DNA of 64,000 nucleotides from Gloeobacterales cyanobacterium (GCA_038245785.1 JBBRSB010000024.1:13614-77613), one strand, 5' to 3'. Shown: positions 51,430 through 61,830, counted from the stretch's first letter. The notes: generated by a model from the letters alone, not told the origin. Numbers and translations: made by a program.

Positions 51430-52314
51430 CTAAAAACGGCGACGAAAGATAACACGAGCCAGAATATTCACAGTTAAAACTAACAGCACTAACAGTAAAG
51501 ATGCGGCCCAGGCTTGGGACTTAAGATCACTATAGGCTGAGGTCGCATAGCTAAAGATTAAGGTCGCCAGAGATGCCGTGGGTTGATTGGGGCTGGAGAA
51601 CCAGTACTTACTGGTTGCCGCCGTAAAGATGAGCGGTGCTGTTTCACCTGCTGCCCGCGCCACTCCAAGCATAACACCTGTGATAATACCAGGAAATGCT
51701 GCTGGGACAATAACCCGTGCAATGGTCTGAAAGCGATTGGCTCCCAAACCAAGCGAAGCAAGGCGAAGTTCCCAGGGAATAAGCTTGAGGGCTTCTTCTG
51801 TAGTGCGCACAATAATAGGAAGCATCAAAATGGCCAGTGCGAAGCCCCCTGCATAAGCTGAAGGTCCCTTCAAAGGAATGACCAGAACCCCATAGGCAAA
51901 AACGCCCACAATGATCGAAGGCACGCCGGACAGAACATTCACCCCAAAGCGGATGATTTCAACCAGACGATTATCATCACGACTATACTCAGACAGGAAG
52001 ATTCCGCACAGAACGCCAAAAGGCACACTGATAGCCGTAGCCAGAGCCACAATAATCAAGGTTCCTTGAATAGCGTTTCCAAAACCACCGATTGAGCCTG
52101 TGGGTGCGGGTAGGGAGGTCAGAACGGTTGTATTCAGCGAAGAAAAACCATTGATCAAGACGTAAAGCAATACAGAAAACAAGGGCACCAGGGCGATCAG
52201 GGTAAAGATAACCGACAGGATCGTCATGCCCGTGTTGAAAAATGCACGTCCAGGGCTGAGTGGTTCGGTCAGCTCTTCCACTAGCTTTGGTTGATTTGCA
52301 GTACCTGTTGTCAT
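51430..52314 (-). CDS. pstA: Phosphate ABC transporter permease
   Basis: [20 protein letters not shown]. Confidence 0.93.
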   Translation of the reverse strand: MTTGTANQPKLVEELTEPLSPGRAFFNTGMTILSVIFTLIALVPLFSVLLYVLINGFSSLNTTVLTSLPAPTGSIGGFGNAIQGTLIIVALATAISVPFGVLCGIFLSEYSRDDNRLVEIIRFGVNVLSGVPSIIVGVFAYGVLVIPLKGPSAYAGGFALAILMLPIIVRTTEEALKLIPWELRLASLGLGANRFQTIARVIVPAAFPGIITGVMLGVARAAGETAPLIFTAATSKYWFSSPNQPTASLATLIFSYATSAYSDLKSQAWAASLLLVLLVLTVNILARVIFRRRF

Positions 52315-52316
52315 GA

Positions 52317-53255
52317 TTATTGGCGCTCCAAAGAAACACGACGGACAAAGATCTCAGCTAAAACATTTATCAACAGAGTGACTGCAAACAGCAGTAATCC
52401 AGCAAAGAATAAAGAGGAGACATGTAGTCCACCGCTTGCTTCCCCGAATTCGTTGGCAAGAAGCGCTGCGATCGTGTACCCAGGAGCAAAGGGTGAGTTA
52501 GGAATTTGGGCAGTATTGCCGATGACCATAGTAACTGCCATTGTCTCGCCTAAGGCGCGGCCTAAGGCGAGTACACAGGCCCCAACGATTCCAGAAGTCC
52601 CCGCTGGAAGCATAACCCTGAAAATAGTTTCCCAACGGGTCGCCCCGAGGGCCAAAGAAGCGTTGCGCAGGCTTCTTGGTATGGACTTAAGTACGTCTCG
52701 GCTGATAGAGGCCACCGTTGGTAGGACCATAATGGAAAGCAGTACCCCAGCCGTGAACAGGCTATAGCCACTGGAGCTGCCCCCGCTTAACCCCTGTTCC
52801 AGAGGGCGTAGCACCGGGATCATGACGAAGATGCCCCAAAGTCCGTAGACCACGCTTGGAATCGCTGCCAGTAACTCAACCATGAAGCTGATCGGGGTAA
52901 GCACTTGTTCCGGCAGAAAATCTTCGGTCAGAAAAATAGCAATTCCCAAACCGACAGGTACCGCGAAAGCCATAGCGATGAATGCGGTGGCCAAGGTCCC
53001 AAAAACGAAGGACAGGCCACCAAACGCATCGCTATTTGGGTCCCAATTGGTGTCAAACAAAAACCCCAAACCAAACTTAGTGATGGATGGGAGAGATTCT
53101 CCTGCCACCACCAAGGCCATCCAGATAAGCATACTGACGACCGCTACAGCAGCGATCCTTAAGATCAGGCGGAATACAGCGTCGGCCTGAAAATTGCCAG
53201 TATTGGCAACCAGTTCTTTAGATGTTCTTTCTTGCTGATCGGTCAATTGGGTCAT
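52317..53255 (-). CDS. pstC: Phosphate ABC transporter permease
   Basis: ELLAAIPSVVYGLWG, GRALGETMAV.MVIGN. Confidence 0.93.
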   Translation of the reverse strand: MTQLTDQQERTSKELVANTGNFQADAVFRLILRIAAVAVVSMLIWMALVVAGESLPSITKFGLGFLFDTNWDPNSDAFGGLSFVFGTLATAFIAMAFAVPVGLGIAIFLTEDFLPEQVLTPISFMVELLAAIPSVVYGLWGIFVMIPVLRPLEQGLSGGSSSGYSLFTAGVLLSIMVLPTVASISRDVLKSIPRSLRNASLALGATRWETIFRVMLPAGTSGIVGACVLALGRALGETMAVTMVIGNTAQIPNSPFAPGYTIAALLANEFGEASGGLHVSSLFFAGLLLFAVTLLINVLAEIFVRRVSLERQ

Positions 53256-53285
53256 GACAGTATCTGGATGGATAGGATGAAGGTA

Positions 53286-54320
53286 TTACTTGACTTGTGA
53301 TACGGACTGTTTAACCAGCTTTACCAAACTCGCAGGCAGGGGCGCATATTGGAGGGGCTTGGCATACTGTTGACCGTCGGTGAGCGCCCAGTCAATAAAT
53401 TTGGTTAACTCAGCAGCTTTGGCTGAGTCATCCATTTTTTCGTACACCAGCAACCAGGTCAGGCCCACGATTGGATAGGAAGCAGCGCCATCCGGATCGG
53501 CAATAAAAGCGCGAAGGTTTTCCGGATACTTGGTGCCTTCCAGCGCAGCACTAATCGAATCAACACTAGGCGAAACAAATTTGCCTTCCAAATTTTGGAG
53601 GGTGGCTACGGGCAATTTGTTACTCAATGCATAGGCATACTCGATATAGCCAATCGAGCCAGGGGTCTGCTGCACTTGAGCGGCTACCCCATCATTACCT
53701 TTAGCTCCTATGCCAATGGGCCATTTCACGGTCTTGCCGCTACCCACATCTCTTTTCCACTCAGGGCTGATAGCAGAAAGATGATTGGTGAAAATAAAGG
53801 ATGTGCCAGAGCCATCGGCGCGGCGTACCACGGAGATGGACTGATCAGGAAGCTTGACCCCTGGATTGTCCTTGGCAATTTTGGGATCGTTCCATTTTAC
53901 AATCCTGCCTCGATAAATTTTTGCAAGGGTCTCACGGTCAAACTTGAGGGCACTGGAAACGCCTGGGACATTGTAGGTGATCACAACAGCACCAGCGGTC
54001 ATGGGCAACATGAGAATCTTGCTGGGAGCTTTCGATAGTTCTTCGTCGGTCATCGCAGCATCGGAAGCTCCGAAGTCAACGGTCTTCTTTGTAATCTGGT
54101 TAATACCACCACCACTACCGATGGCTTGGTAGTTAATTTTTACGTTTGGATTCTTTTTGTTGTACTCAAAGAACCATTTGGTGTAGAGCGGCTCTGGGAA
54201 TGTGGCACCAGCGCCGTTGAGATCTAGGGCGTTAGCTGCCTGAATTGCAATAGGAGAAGTGAGTGCGATCAGCGCTGCCAGAGTAGCGAAGGCGCGCCGG
54301 GTCCATTTCTTAGTCTGCAT
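53286..54320 (-). CDS. pstS: Phosphate ABC transporter substrate-binding protein
   Basis: GAGATFP, GSGGG, DFGASD, RADGSGTS, YPI. Confidence 0.95.
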   Translation of the reverse strand: MQTKKWTRRAFATLAALIALTSPIAIQAANALDLNGAGATFPEPLYTKWFFEYNKKNPNVKINYQAIGSGGGINQITKKTVDFGASDAAMTDEELSKAPSKILMLPMTAGAVVITYNVPGVSSALKFDRETLAKIYRGRIVKWNDPKIAKDNPGVKLPDQSISVVRRADGSGTSFIFTNHLSAISPEWKRDVGSGKTVKWPIGIGAKGNDGVAAQVQQTPGSIGYIEYAYALSNKLPVATLQNLEGKFVSPSVDSISAALEGTKYPENLRAFIADPDGAASYPIVGLTWLLVYEKMDDSAKAAELTKFIDWALTDGQQYAKPLQYAPLPASLVKLVKQSVSQVK

Positions 54321-54404
54321 AAGTAACTAACCAGCCTCTTTTACGTTGTGTTTGGCTCCTTGAGGAGGATCAAGGATAATGGGCAGGCATATCGTACCGA
54401 GGCT

Positions 54405-54423
54405 TGTTTAACTAATGGTTAAG
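54405..54423 (-). promoter_or_regulatory. Putative cyanobacterial Pho box (SphR site) upstream of pstS
   Basis: Minus strand CTTAACCA-tta-GTTAAACA: two 8-mers at 11-bp spacing resembling the CTTAACCT consensus. Confidence 0.5.
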
Positions 54424-54634
54424 ACAAAGTGTCTCTCAAGTTTCTTTGGATAGTCGAAAACGCCCACCATACAGTAGTCTAAAGATCGTTTTCTGGAGAT
54501 ATGCGGCAGGTAAGTCCCAAGATGGATAATCTTTCGTTAACCTGATTCTGATATTTCTACTGATAATTTGGGTGGAGTTTGTCCCGAATATCGGTGATGT
54601 TTGTGAGGCGTGTACTTAATTGAGGAGTGTGCTG

Positions 54635-56407
54635 ATGCGTAATGTAAATGTATTAGGGCTCGCTGGCTCGCTGGCCCTTAGCGTATGGTTGGCTGCCTTG
54701 CCTGCTTTGGCGGCTCCTGACACTTCTGTTGCTGCAATGAGTGGGACGGGTAGTGCTGCTCCTGCTGTATCTCAGGTATCTTCTGTTTCTGAGTTGACGG
54801 ATGTAGATCCTAACCAGTGGGCTTTCCAAGCGCTGAAATCTCTGGTTGAGCGCTACGGTTGTATCGAAGGCTATCCCAGCAAAAAATATTTGGGCAATCG
54901 TCCTTTGAGTCGCTACGAGTTCGCGGCTGGTTTAAATTCTTGCTTAGACAAAATCGGGGAGCAAATAGCAGCGTCTACTTCTTCTCTGGCTACCAAGGAT
55001 GACCTGGTTGCGGTGCAGCGCCTCCAAGACGACTTTAAAGAGGAGCTGGGTATTGTCCGTGGACAAGTAGACGAACTGGAAGCTAAGACGAAAGACTTGG
55101 AAGCCAAACAGTTTTCGACGACCGTTAAGTTGGATGGAGAAACGATTTTCGCGCTCGCCGGAGCCAGTGCAGGCGGGAACGTCCAGACAAATAATGCTGC
55201 TCCTACGGCTGCGAATACTCTTGGCGGCAGTTCACAGAACGTCATCTTCGGCGGTCGTACCCGCTTGAATCTTCGGGCTAAGAATTTAGGCGTCGAAGGT
55301 GATGAACTGCGGATCAGAGTCACGGCGGCTACAGATGGTGGAAGCTTCTTTAATCAGGGTAACGTCAGGGTCGGGCGTCTCGATTACTTTGGTAATGGCA
55401 ACATTTCAAACGGTAATGCACCCGCCACATTTGACAAGCTATATTATCAGTTTCCCTTATTCAGTAAAGATTTCAAGGTTTCTATTGGACCTCGAGTAGA
55501 GAACAAGGATACGTTAGGTCTACAGAAAAATACCCGCGATGACCAGACGCAGTTTTCTCTCAGGGGTTTCCACCGCAACATAGGTCTTTCATTGGTAGGT
55601 AGTCCTGTTCCTGGAATTTCAGCTACCTGGAAGTTAAGCGACCAATGGAAAGTGGCGGCCATCTACAGCGCACTGGCTGGCGGTGATTCCAATGGTTCTG
55701 GTAATGGAGGCATTTCAGGCCCAAGCCAGGCAGCTATCGAAGTTGGTTTCAATCCTGACAAAAATCTAGAGCTTGGGCTTGGCTACTACCGGACTGTTTG
55801 TAATCCTACTAATGCACAGTTGTCCACAGGTGGTTTAAATGGTGAAGCCCCTGGTTCCCAAAACCGGATTTTCTGTAATTCCGATTCTGGGGGGAGTAAC
55901 CGTTATCCCTTCCTTGGTGGGACTGCCCCAACTCAGAATATTATTGGCAACGTTCAGCATGATACGTTCAACTTCCATGCTGATTGGGAATTCATTCCTG
56001 ATATTTCTTTGTTTGGACGCTATTCCTTTGGTACTGCTAATATCTCTGACGGCTCAGCACCAGGCGTTGCGGGTGCTAATTTGAACTATAACGAGTGGAT
56101 GGCGGGTTTAAACTTCAATAACACCTTCGGGCGCAAAGGGGATTCCCTGGGAATTGCCGTCCTACAGCCTGCGAACATTACCAGCAACAATGTGGCAGTG
56201 GTTGGCTCTACCTTCCCTGCTGGTACTTTCCCTGCTGGTAGTACAATTCCAAATGCTACAGAGATTGACTATGGTCTCTACTATCGGTACACGTTGACGA
56301 AGAACTTCACCGTTGGCCCAGAAGTTTATCTGATTACGAATCCCGGCAGTATTGCAGGTAATCCAACAGTTACACAAGCTATCTTCCGTGCTCTCTATAA
56401 GTATTAG
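54635..56407 (+). CDS. SLH-domain outer-membrane porin (Som/OprB-type cyanobacterial porin)
   Basis: QVSSVSEL.DV.P..WAFQALKSLVERYGCI.GYP, SRYEFAAGLN.CL, QFSTTVKL.GE; terminal beta strand ending in Y. ATG 54635 follows a GAGGAG RBS. Confidence 0.88.
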   Translation: MRNVNVLGLAGSLALSVWLAALPALAAPDTSVAAMSGTGSAAPAVSQVSSVSELTDVDPNQWAFQALKSLVERYGCIEGYPSKKYLGNRPLSRYEFAAGLNSCLDKIGEQIAASTSSLATKDDLVAVQRLQDDFKEELGIVRGQVDELEAKTKDLEAKQFSTTVKLDGETIFALAGASAGGNVQTNNAAPTAANTLGGSSQNVIFGGRTRLNLRAKNLGVEGDELRIRVTAATDGGSFFNQGNVRVGRLDYFGNGNISNGNAPATFDKLYYQFPLFSKDFKVSIGPRVENKDTLGLQKNTRDDQTQFSLRGFHRNIGLSLVGSPVPGISATWKLSDQWKVAAIYSALAGGDSNGSGNGGISGPSQAAIEVGFNPDKNLELGLGYYRTVCNPTNAQLSTGGLNGEAPGSQNRIFCNSDSGGSNRYPFLGGTAPTQNIIGNVQHDTFNFHADWEFIPDISLFGRYSFGTANISDGSAPGVAGANLNYNEWMAGLNFNNTFGRKGDSLGIAVLQPANITSNNVAVVGSTFPAGTFPAGSTIPNATEIDYGLYYRYTLTKNFTVGPEVYLITNPGSIAGNPTVTQAIFRALYKY

Positions 56408-56430
56408 AGCAGAAGGTTTCTAAAAGATGG

Positions 56431-56457
56431 GAGGCTAGTTTAACTAGCCTCTTTTTT
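56431..56457 (+). terminator. Rho-independent terminator after the porin gene
   Basis: GAGGCTAGTT-T-AACTAGCCTC followed by T6. Confidence 0.8.
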
Positions 56458-56935
56458 ATGCATTAGTCGATAAGAAACTAATATTTTTGGCGATTGGGTC
56501 TTGCACTACAAGCCCGCACTTCTCGGCCCAATACTGACTCAAAAAGTGAATTTGTCTCAAGCCCACAATTAGATTTAAGCCTGGAATAAACATCCACCAG
56601 ACAGTTAAGGGTGTTTTCAGACCCTCCTGAGCATAGAGCTTATTCACATCACGATAGAGTCTGAATTGGACGATGTAGATCCAGGCAATGCCCAGGAAAG
56701 ACAGCCAACCTATTCCACTAGGTGCATTCGGTCCCAACCGCAAGACTTGAGGAATAAGGACTCCTATAACAAAGGGAAACAGGCATAAAGTTCCGGTCCA
56801 ACCATGGCCCATATGGCGACGCAATTCTTCCTGAATAATCCACTTATACCAGCCGTAGTAAAGCATCCCTGTCACTACCGATAAGCCAATAACATGCCAT
56901 AGAGGCCGGGGCTTGCCTAAAACGTTGCTATCCAT
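56456..56935 (-). CDS. Hypothetical membrane protein (DUF4234-like)
   Basis: LSVVTG.LYY.WY.W...EEL; three to four hydrophobic segments; probable start ATG 56935. Confidence 0.65.
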   Translation of the reverse strand: MDSNVLGKPRPLWHVIGLSVVTGMLYYGWYKWIIQEELRRHMGHGWTGTLCLFPFVIGVLIPQVLRLGPNAPSGIGWLSFLGIAWIYIVQFRLYRDVNKLYAQEGLKTPLTVWWMFIPGLNLIVGLRQIHFLSQYWAEKCGLVVQDPIAKNISFLSTNA

Positions 56936-57067
56936 GAAAAAGCCATTGCGTCTCTCTAATTTTATTAACAAAACGTAAGGTTGAACGCTTATATCTTGCC
57001 TGAGGCACAGTACTCAAATTGAATAGCCTGAATCTGCGACTCCTAAGGCTTTATAATTTGCTAACAA

Positions 57068-57141
57068 CGGGATGTAGCTCAGCTTGGTAGAGCGCTGCGT
57101 TCGGGACGCAGAGGTCCAGGGTTCAAATCCCTGCATCCCGA
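57068..57141 (+). tRNA. tRNA-Pro (anticodon CGG)
   Basis: CGGGATG acceptor stem pairs with CATCCCG; D-arm AGCTCAGCTTGGTAGAGC; anticodon arm CTGCG-TTCGGGA-CGCAG; T-loop GTTCAAATC. CCA is not encoded. Confidence 0.95.
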
Positions 57142-57295
57142 TACCCTTTACACTCTTTCTCGCAGAGAGGGGTTTGCTGCTTTTAGGGATTACTAGAGGT
57201 GCGGAGTCGATCAGATGATGTCCCAAGATTAGCCAGAGGATGAATGTTACATCCTAGGCCTTGACACCCCTGAGCCAGCTAACGATATTGAGAGC

Positions 57296-57868
57296 ATGGA
57301 CGCTATTACTCTAGATATAAAATCGGCTGAGCTCACCGATGAACAGTTCTTCAGGATCACCCAAGATAATCGTGACCTGCGGTTTGAGCGGTCTGCCCAA
57401 GGAGAATTGGTAATCATGGCTCCGACCGGATGGGGAACAGGTAGACAGAATGCCAAACTTATACAGCAATTAAGCAACTGGGCTGATTCCAATAAGCTGG
57501 GTATGGTTTTTGAGTCCTCTACAGGGTTTAAGCTTCCCAATGGAGCAGACCGCTCACCTGACGCTTCTTGGGTGAGCATAGAACGACTGGAAGCATTGAA
57601 TCCAGACCCTGCCAAGTTTTTACCCCTTGCCCCTGATTTTGCGGTAGAACTACGTTCCTCAACCGATGGGTTAAAACCCCTCCAATCCAAAGTTCAGGAG
57701 TATATAGACAATGGAGTCCGTCTGGGCTGGCTGATAGACCCCAAGAACCAACAAGTAGAAGTCTATCGGACCGGTCGAGATGTAGAAGTGCTGGAATCGC
57801 CCACCAGCCTATCAGGAGAAGATGTTCTACCAGGGTTTATTTTCGATGTCACTACTCTGTGGAGATAG
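57296..57868 (+). CDS. Uma2-family (DUF820) endonuclease-like protein
   Basis: RFER...GELVIMAP, SSTGF.LPNGA.RSPDASW, PLAPDFAVELRS, NGVRLGWLIDP, LSGEDVLPGF. Confidence 0.9.
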   Translation: MDAITLDIKSAELTDEQFFRITQDNRDLRFERSAQGELVIMAPTGWGTGRQNAKLIQQLSNWADSNKLGMVFESSTGFKLPNGADRSPDASWVSIERLEALNPDPAKFLPLAPDFAVELRSSTDGLKPLQSKVQEYIDNGVRLGWLIDPKNQQVEVYRTGRDVEVLESPTSLSGEDVLPGFIFDVTTLWR

Positions 57869-57873
57869 GTAAG

Positions 57874-58455
57874 ATGTCTCTCACTCCTTCGACCATGCTT
57901 CCTTTAGGCACTCAAGCCCCAGATTTTGACTTGCCCGATGTATTCTCTGGAAAGCGCATTTCACTGACTACTTTTGCTGACAAAAAAGCCCTATTGGTAA
58001 TGTTTATCTGTCGGCACTGTCCCTTTGTGAAGCATGTGCAGAAGGAACTGGCCCATTTAGGCAATGATTATGCTCAGAAAGAGGTAGGGATTGTAGCCAT
58101 CAGTGCTAATGACGCAGCTCACTATCCTGATGATGCTCTAGATAAACTCAAGGACATGGTACAGGAATTAGGTTTTACCTTTCCTCTTTGCTATGACGAA
58201 AGTCAGGAGACGGCTAAAGTCTATACCGCAGCATGCACCCCGGACTTTTTCCTCTTTGATGCTCAACGCAAACTGGTCTACCGAGGACAGTTGGATGGCA
58301 GTCGACCAGGTAATGGTAGGCCCCTTAATGGCCGCGACTTGCGCCAGGCACTAGAGGCCGTTCTTTCCCATCTACCTGTCAGTCAGGACCAGAAGCCCAG
58401 CATAGGCTGTAATATCAAATGGAAACCAGGTAATGAGCCAGCTTACTATGGCTAA
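57874..58455 (+). CDS. Thioredoxin-fold (AhpC/TSA redoxin) protein
   Basis: LGT.APDF.LPD, FICRHCPFV, AACTPDFF, YRGQLD.SRP, SIGCNIKW. Confidence 0.88.
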   Translation: MSLTPSTMLPLGTQAPDFDLPDVFSGKRISLTTFADKKALLVMFICRHCPFVKHVQKELAHLGNDYAQKEVGIVAISANDAAHYPDDALDKLKDMVQELGFTFPLCYDESQETAKVYTAACTPDFFLFDAQRKLVYRGQLDGSRPGNGRPLNGRDLRQALEAVLSHLPVSQDQKPSIGCNIKWKPGNEPAYYG

Positions 58456-58469
58456 AGATTAACGAATTT

Positions 58470-58880
58470 ATGCGGAAAATATTGGCCAGTTGCATAACTG
58501 TTTGGCTACTGCTGATTGTGCAAGTACAGGCTCAAAGCATATCCATTCCCTCGGGAACGGTTTCGCTCAGTCCTCTGGCTGGAGAAATTATCAAAGTAGA
58601 ACCGCTGCTTGATAGGGCTTCTAATCCTTCTACTCAGATTACCTTTCGCTTTATTCTCCAGGGCTGTGTAGACCAACTCCTCCAGCCCCTGTTTGTGCGC
58701 CCAGAGCGGCAGCGGCAAAAAGTAAAACTCTATATCACAGCGCTTAATGCTCATAACGAGGCAAGTAATCGCGCCCGCTGTATCGCAATTCCAACAGCGA
58801 CAGCCGCAGTCACCATTCCTGGCACTTATCGACAAAACCAAATTATTCCAATATTTCTCGGCGAACTGGATAAAAGATGA
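58470..58880 (+). CDS. Hypothetical secreted protein
   Basis: Signal peptide (...VQVQA); two Cys; no recognised family. Confidence 0.55.
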   Translation: MRKILASCITVWLLLIVQVQAQSISIPSGTVSLSPLAGEIIKVEPLLDRASNPSTQITFRFILQGCVDQLLQPLFVRPERQRQKVKLYITALNAHNEASNRARCIAIPTATAAVTIPGTYRQNQIIPIFLGELDKR

Positions 58881-58881
58881 G

Positions 58882-59334
58882 TCAGCGGTTCGTTACCTGA
58901 TTAATGAAACTACTCCATCGTTCATTAGGTTCCCAAAGTTTCTGCAAGTCTTTCTTCGCCTCTTCCTGGCTAATGCCCTGAGCAAGAGTGCGATAGAGAT
59001 AGATGAAGGCTGAAACCCTTTTGTTGGCGGCACAATGGACGAAAATTTTCTTGTCTGAGTTTGCGTTCATCGCCCTGAAAAACGTAAGGGCATCCTCGAC
59101 CTCAGGCTTCTCCCAAACCACAGGAATGTAAACGTATTCCATTCCTTGCTCCTCCACTATGGCGCGCTCGTTGGTTAAAGCATTAGGAGAATCAGTCAGC
59201 GCAAGATTAATCACTATTTGGTAGCCAGCCTCTTGGATAGCTGAAAATTGTTCTTGGGTGGGTTGACCTGCCGTGCCCAAAACATCAGACAGTGCTAAAA
59301 AATTGTAGATACTTTCAACGGAATGCTCAGGCAT
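58882..59334 (-). CDS. Protein-tyrosine-phosphatase-like (DUF442) protein
   Basis: TAGQP, VINLA, YIPV.W..P, VHCAANKRVS P-loop. Confidence 0.8.
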   Translation of the reverse strand: MPEHSVESIYNFLALSDVLGTAGQPTQEQFSAIQEAGYQIVINLALTDSPNALTNERAIVEEQGMEYVYIPVVWEKPEVEDALTFFRAMNANSDKKIFVHCAANKRVSAFIYLYRTLAQGISQEEAKKDLQKLWEPNERWSSFINQVTNR

Positions 59335-59439
59335 TTTGATTGTCTTCCTTAGGGGAGTGCTCGTGAGATCTTTTATGCTATCTCAAGGGATAAGGCCCCT
59401 GTGATCGCGTAGGCTGACAAAGGTTCCTCCTCCATTTTT

Positions 59440-60198
59440 ATGTCTGTTTCCACCACTCAACAACTCATCGAATTTTATCGCGCAGTACAGATGGAGCCTC
59501 TAGTAGTAGTAGATGTGGAAACCACAGGCTGTGATCCCAGACGCCACCGGGTGACAGAAGTTGCCACAATTCATAGTCGAGGGGATGTTCTGGAATCTGT
59601 CCAATGCACGCTGGTAAATGCGGGCTGCCCGGTTCCTGAGAAAATCGCGCGCTTTACAGGTATTACCACCGAAATGCTTCAGCAGGCCCCTCTGAGTGAG
59701 GAAGTCTTTAAAGTTTGGCCGGAAGAACTAAAAGGAAGACACCTTGTCGGTCACCATGTGCGTTTTGATCTGGGATTCCTTGCCGAAGAATGTCGTCGCT
59801 GTGGCCGTCCACTCAACCCACTACCCCCGACCGTGTGTACAGTTTTGATGGCTCGTCGCCTTTTCCCTCACTTGAAATCTCGCACCTTACCTGCCCTCAA
59901 AGAGACGTTTTCTCTGCCCGTGGAAAGGAGTCATCGAGCGCAAGATGATGCTCTAGCCTGCTTTTACCTCTTGCGCCGATTGTACAAAGAATTCCATCGC
60001 CTAAGTACTGAGGAACTCCAAGAGCGTTTTGCCAAAGAGAAATTGGAAGAGAACCAAGCCTGTGCCCTGCTAGGAATGTCCGCTCCTGAATTCAAAATGC
60101 TGTGGCAGAGCGAAGTCTTATCCCCCAAATTCTTTTCCCGCCAGCAGCCTATTTTTCTACGCGGACAGATAGAAGCCTACCGAGAGGAAAGGAAATAG
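59440..60198 (+). CDS. DEDDh 3'-5' exonuclease (DnaQ-like)
   Basis: VVDVETTG, GHHVRFD, HRAQDDA. Confidence 0.88.
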   Translation: MSVSTTQQLIEFYRAVQMEPLVVVDVETTGCDPRRHRVTEVATIHSRGDVLESVQCTLVNAGCPVPEKIARFTGITTEMLQQAPLSEEVFKVWPEELKGRHLVGHHVRFDLGFLAEECRRCGRPLNPLPPTVCTVLMARRLFPHLKSRTLPALKETFSLPVERSHRAQDDALACFYLLRRLYKEFHRLSTEELQERFAKEKLEENQACALLGMSAPEFKMLWQSEVLSPKFFSRQQPIFLRGQIEAYREERK

Positions 60199-61091
60199 TG
60201 GCAAGTAGCAGAGTGAACTTTGAGCGTCTTGGCCCCCTAAAACGTACTGGAATCGTTTTCGCATTGCTTCTTACTTCAGCTCGGCAGGTCCTCGCCTGTC
60301 CTGACTATAAGTCTGAGATTTTAAGTAAGTTCCCTCCAGAGTTACCAGAAGCTTCTGGTTTGATCCATGGCTCTGGAAATTTTTGGTGGTCTCACAACGA
60401 TTCTGGAGATGGTCCTTTCCTCTATGCCGTAGATCCCAAGGGTAAACTCTTGGGCAAAGTGGAAGTGCAAGGAGCAAAAAATGTAGATTGGGAGGAACTC
60501 ACCGCTGGTCCCTGCCCAGGCAAGTCTGCGCAAGAGCGGTGTCTTTATATCGGGGATATCGGGGACAATTCAAGGCGGCGAGATGAGGTAACTATCTATG
60601 TAGTTCGTGAGCCTACTCCCAAAGACCAAAAAATCAATCTTCTTGCTACGCTTCCCCTTCGTTATCCCGACCGTCCAGCCAACAGCGAAGCCTTCGTCTA
60701 TGACGTTCAAGGCAAGCAGTTTTTGATTTTCACAAAAGAACGAAATGGCCGTGTCTTTACCCGCAGCTTAAATCCGACAGAATCTACCATGAAGCAGATA
60801 GCCACCGTGGATCTTTCTCCCCAAACTAATCTTGGCAGCCCTCGTGTAGTAACTGGAGCAGCCCTTAGTCAGGATGGAAGAACGTTAATGCTGCGTTCTT
60901 ATTTGGATGCCTTTCGTTGGTTCCGCGCATCTGGTGAGTCTTGGAGTAAGGTCTTAGCCCGCTTGCCTGTGCTCGTCCCCCTGGCCCCAGAAGCGCAAGG
61001 AGAAGCCATAGCCTTTGGTCCAGGGGATCAAGACTTCTACTCCACCAGTGAGAAAGTGCCCAATCTCACCCACTATTCTTGTCCTAAGTAG
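60198..61091 (+). CDS. Secreted beta-propeller-like hypothetical protein
   Basis: Signal-like segment; EASGL, HNDSG, DWEE, IGDIGDN, QGEAIAF, STSE motifs; GTG 60198 overlaps the upstream stop. Confidence 0.6.
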   Translation: MASSRVNFERLGPLKRTGIVFALLLTSARQVLACPDYKSEILSKFPPELPEASGLIHGSGNFWWSHNDSGDGPFLYAVDPKGKLLGKVEVQGAKNVDWEELTAGPCPGKSAQERCLYIGDIGDNSRRRDEVTIYVVREPTPKDQKINLLATLPLRYPDRPANSEAFVYDVQGKQFLIFTKERNGRVFTRSLNPTESTMKQIATVDLSPQTNLGSPRVVTGAALSQDGRTLMLRSYLDAFRWFRASGESWSKVLARLPVLVPLAPEAQGEAIAFGPGDQDFYSTSEKVPNLTHYSCPK

Positions 61092-61199
61092 CTGCTGAGC
61101 GCCAGACAGGCAACCGTCTTAGTTGTTCTAGCTTCTCAAAGTCAGAACGACTATGATATGATGAATCTTGAAGATTTGTATCTTTGGAGAGAGCCCGTT

Positions 61200-61787
61200 A
61201 TGCCCCTAGTCGGTCAACCCGCACCTGATTTCAAAGTCCAGGCGGTCATGCCAGATGGCGATTTTGAAGAAGTTTCCCTGTCTAAGTACAAGGGCAAGTA
61301 CGTAGTCTTGTTCTTTTACCCTCTAGATTTCACCTTTGTCTGCCCTACCGAAATCACAGCTTTTAGCGACCGCTACAGTGATTTTGCAAGCCGCAATACC
61401 GAAATTTTGGGTGTATCGGTAGACAGCCAGTATTCCCACTTGGCGTGGATCAACACGGATCGCAAGAACGGTGGTCTGGGCGAACTAAAGTATCCTCTGT
61501 TGGCAGACCTAAACAAAACAGTAGCTGAAGCCTATGATGTGCTGATCCCCGGCGAAGGTATCGCCCTGCGCGGTCTGTTTATCATTGATCCCGATGGCGT
61601 CGTACAATATGCCACCGTCAATAACCTGAATGTAGGTCGCAGTGTAGATGAAACCCTCCGCATTCTGTCGGCTTTCCAGTACACCCGTCAAAACCCTGAC
61701 GAAGTGTGCCCTGCCGGTTGGAAAGAAGGGGCCGTGACCATGAAGCCAGATCCTGTTGCTTCCAAAGAGTACTTCTCGAAAGTGTAA
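61200..61787 (+). CDS. 2-Cys peroxiredoxin
   Basis: [25 protein letters not shown]; start ATG 61200. Confidence 0.95.
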   Translation: MPLVGQPAPDFKVQAVMPDGDFEEVSLSKYKGKYVVLFFYPLDFTFVCPTEITAFSDRYSDFASRNTEILGVSVDSQYSHLAWINTDRKNGGLGELKYPLLADLNKTVAEAYDVLIPGEGIALRGLFIIDPDGVVQYATVNNLNVGRSVDETLRILSAFQYTRQNPDEVCPAGWKEGAVTMKPDPVASKEYFSKV

Positions 61788-61802
61788 GTCTCCTTGATTT
61801 CC

Positions 61803-61830
61803 AAAAGCTCCCTCAGCAGGGGGCTTTTTT
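61803..61830 (+). terminator. Rho-independent terminator after the peroxiredoxin gene
   Basis: AAAAGCTCCCT-CAGC-AGGGGGCTTTTTT. Confidence 0.75.

Noticed and set aside
57068..57868. tRNA-Pro as a prophage/island integration site
   Set aside because: No integrase nearby and no duplicated tRNA 3' end seen in the window.
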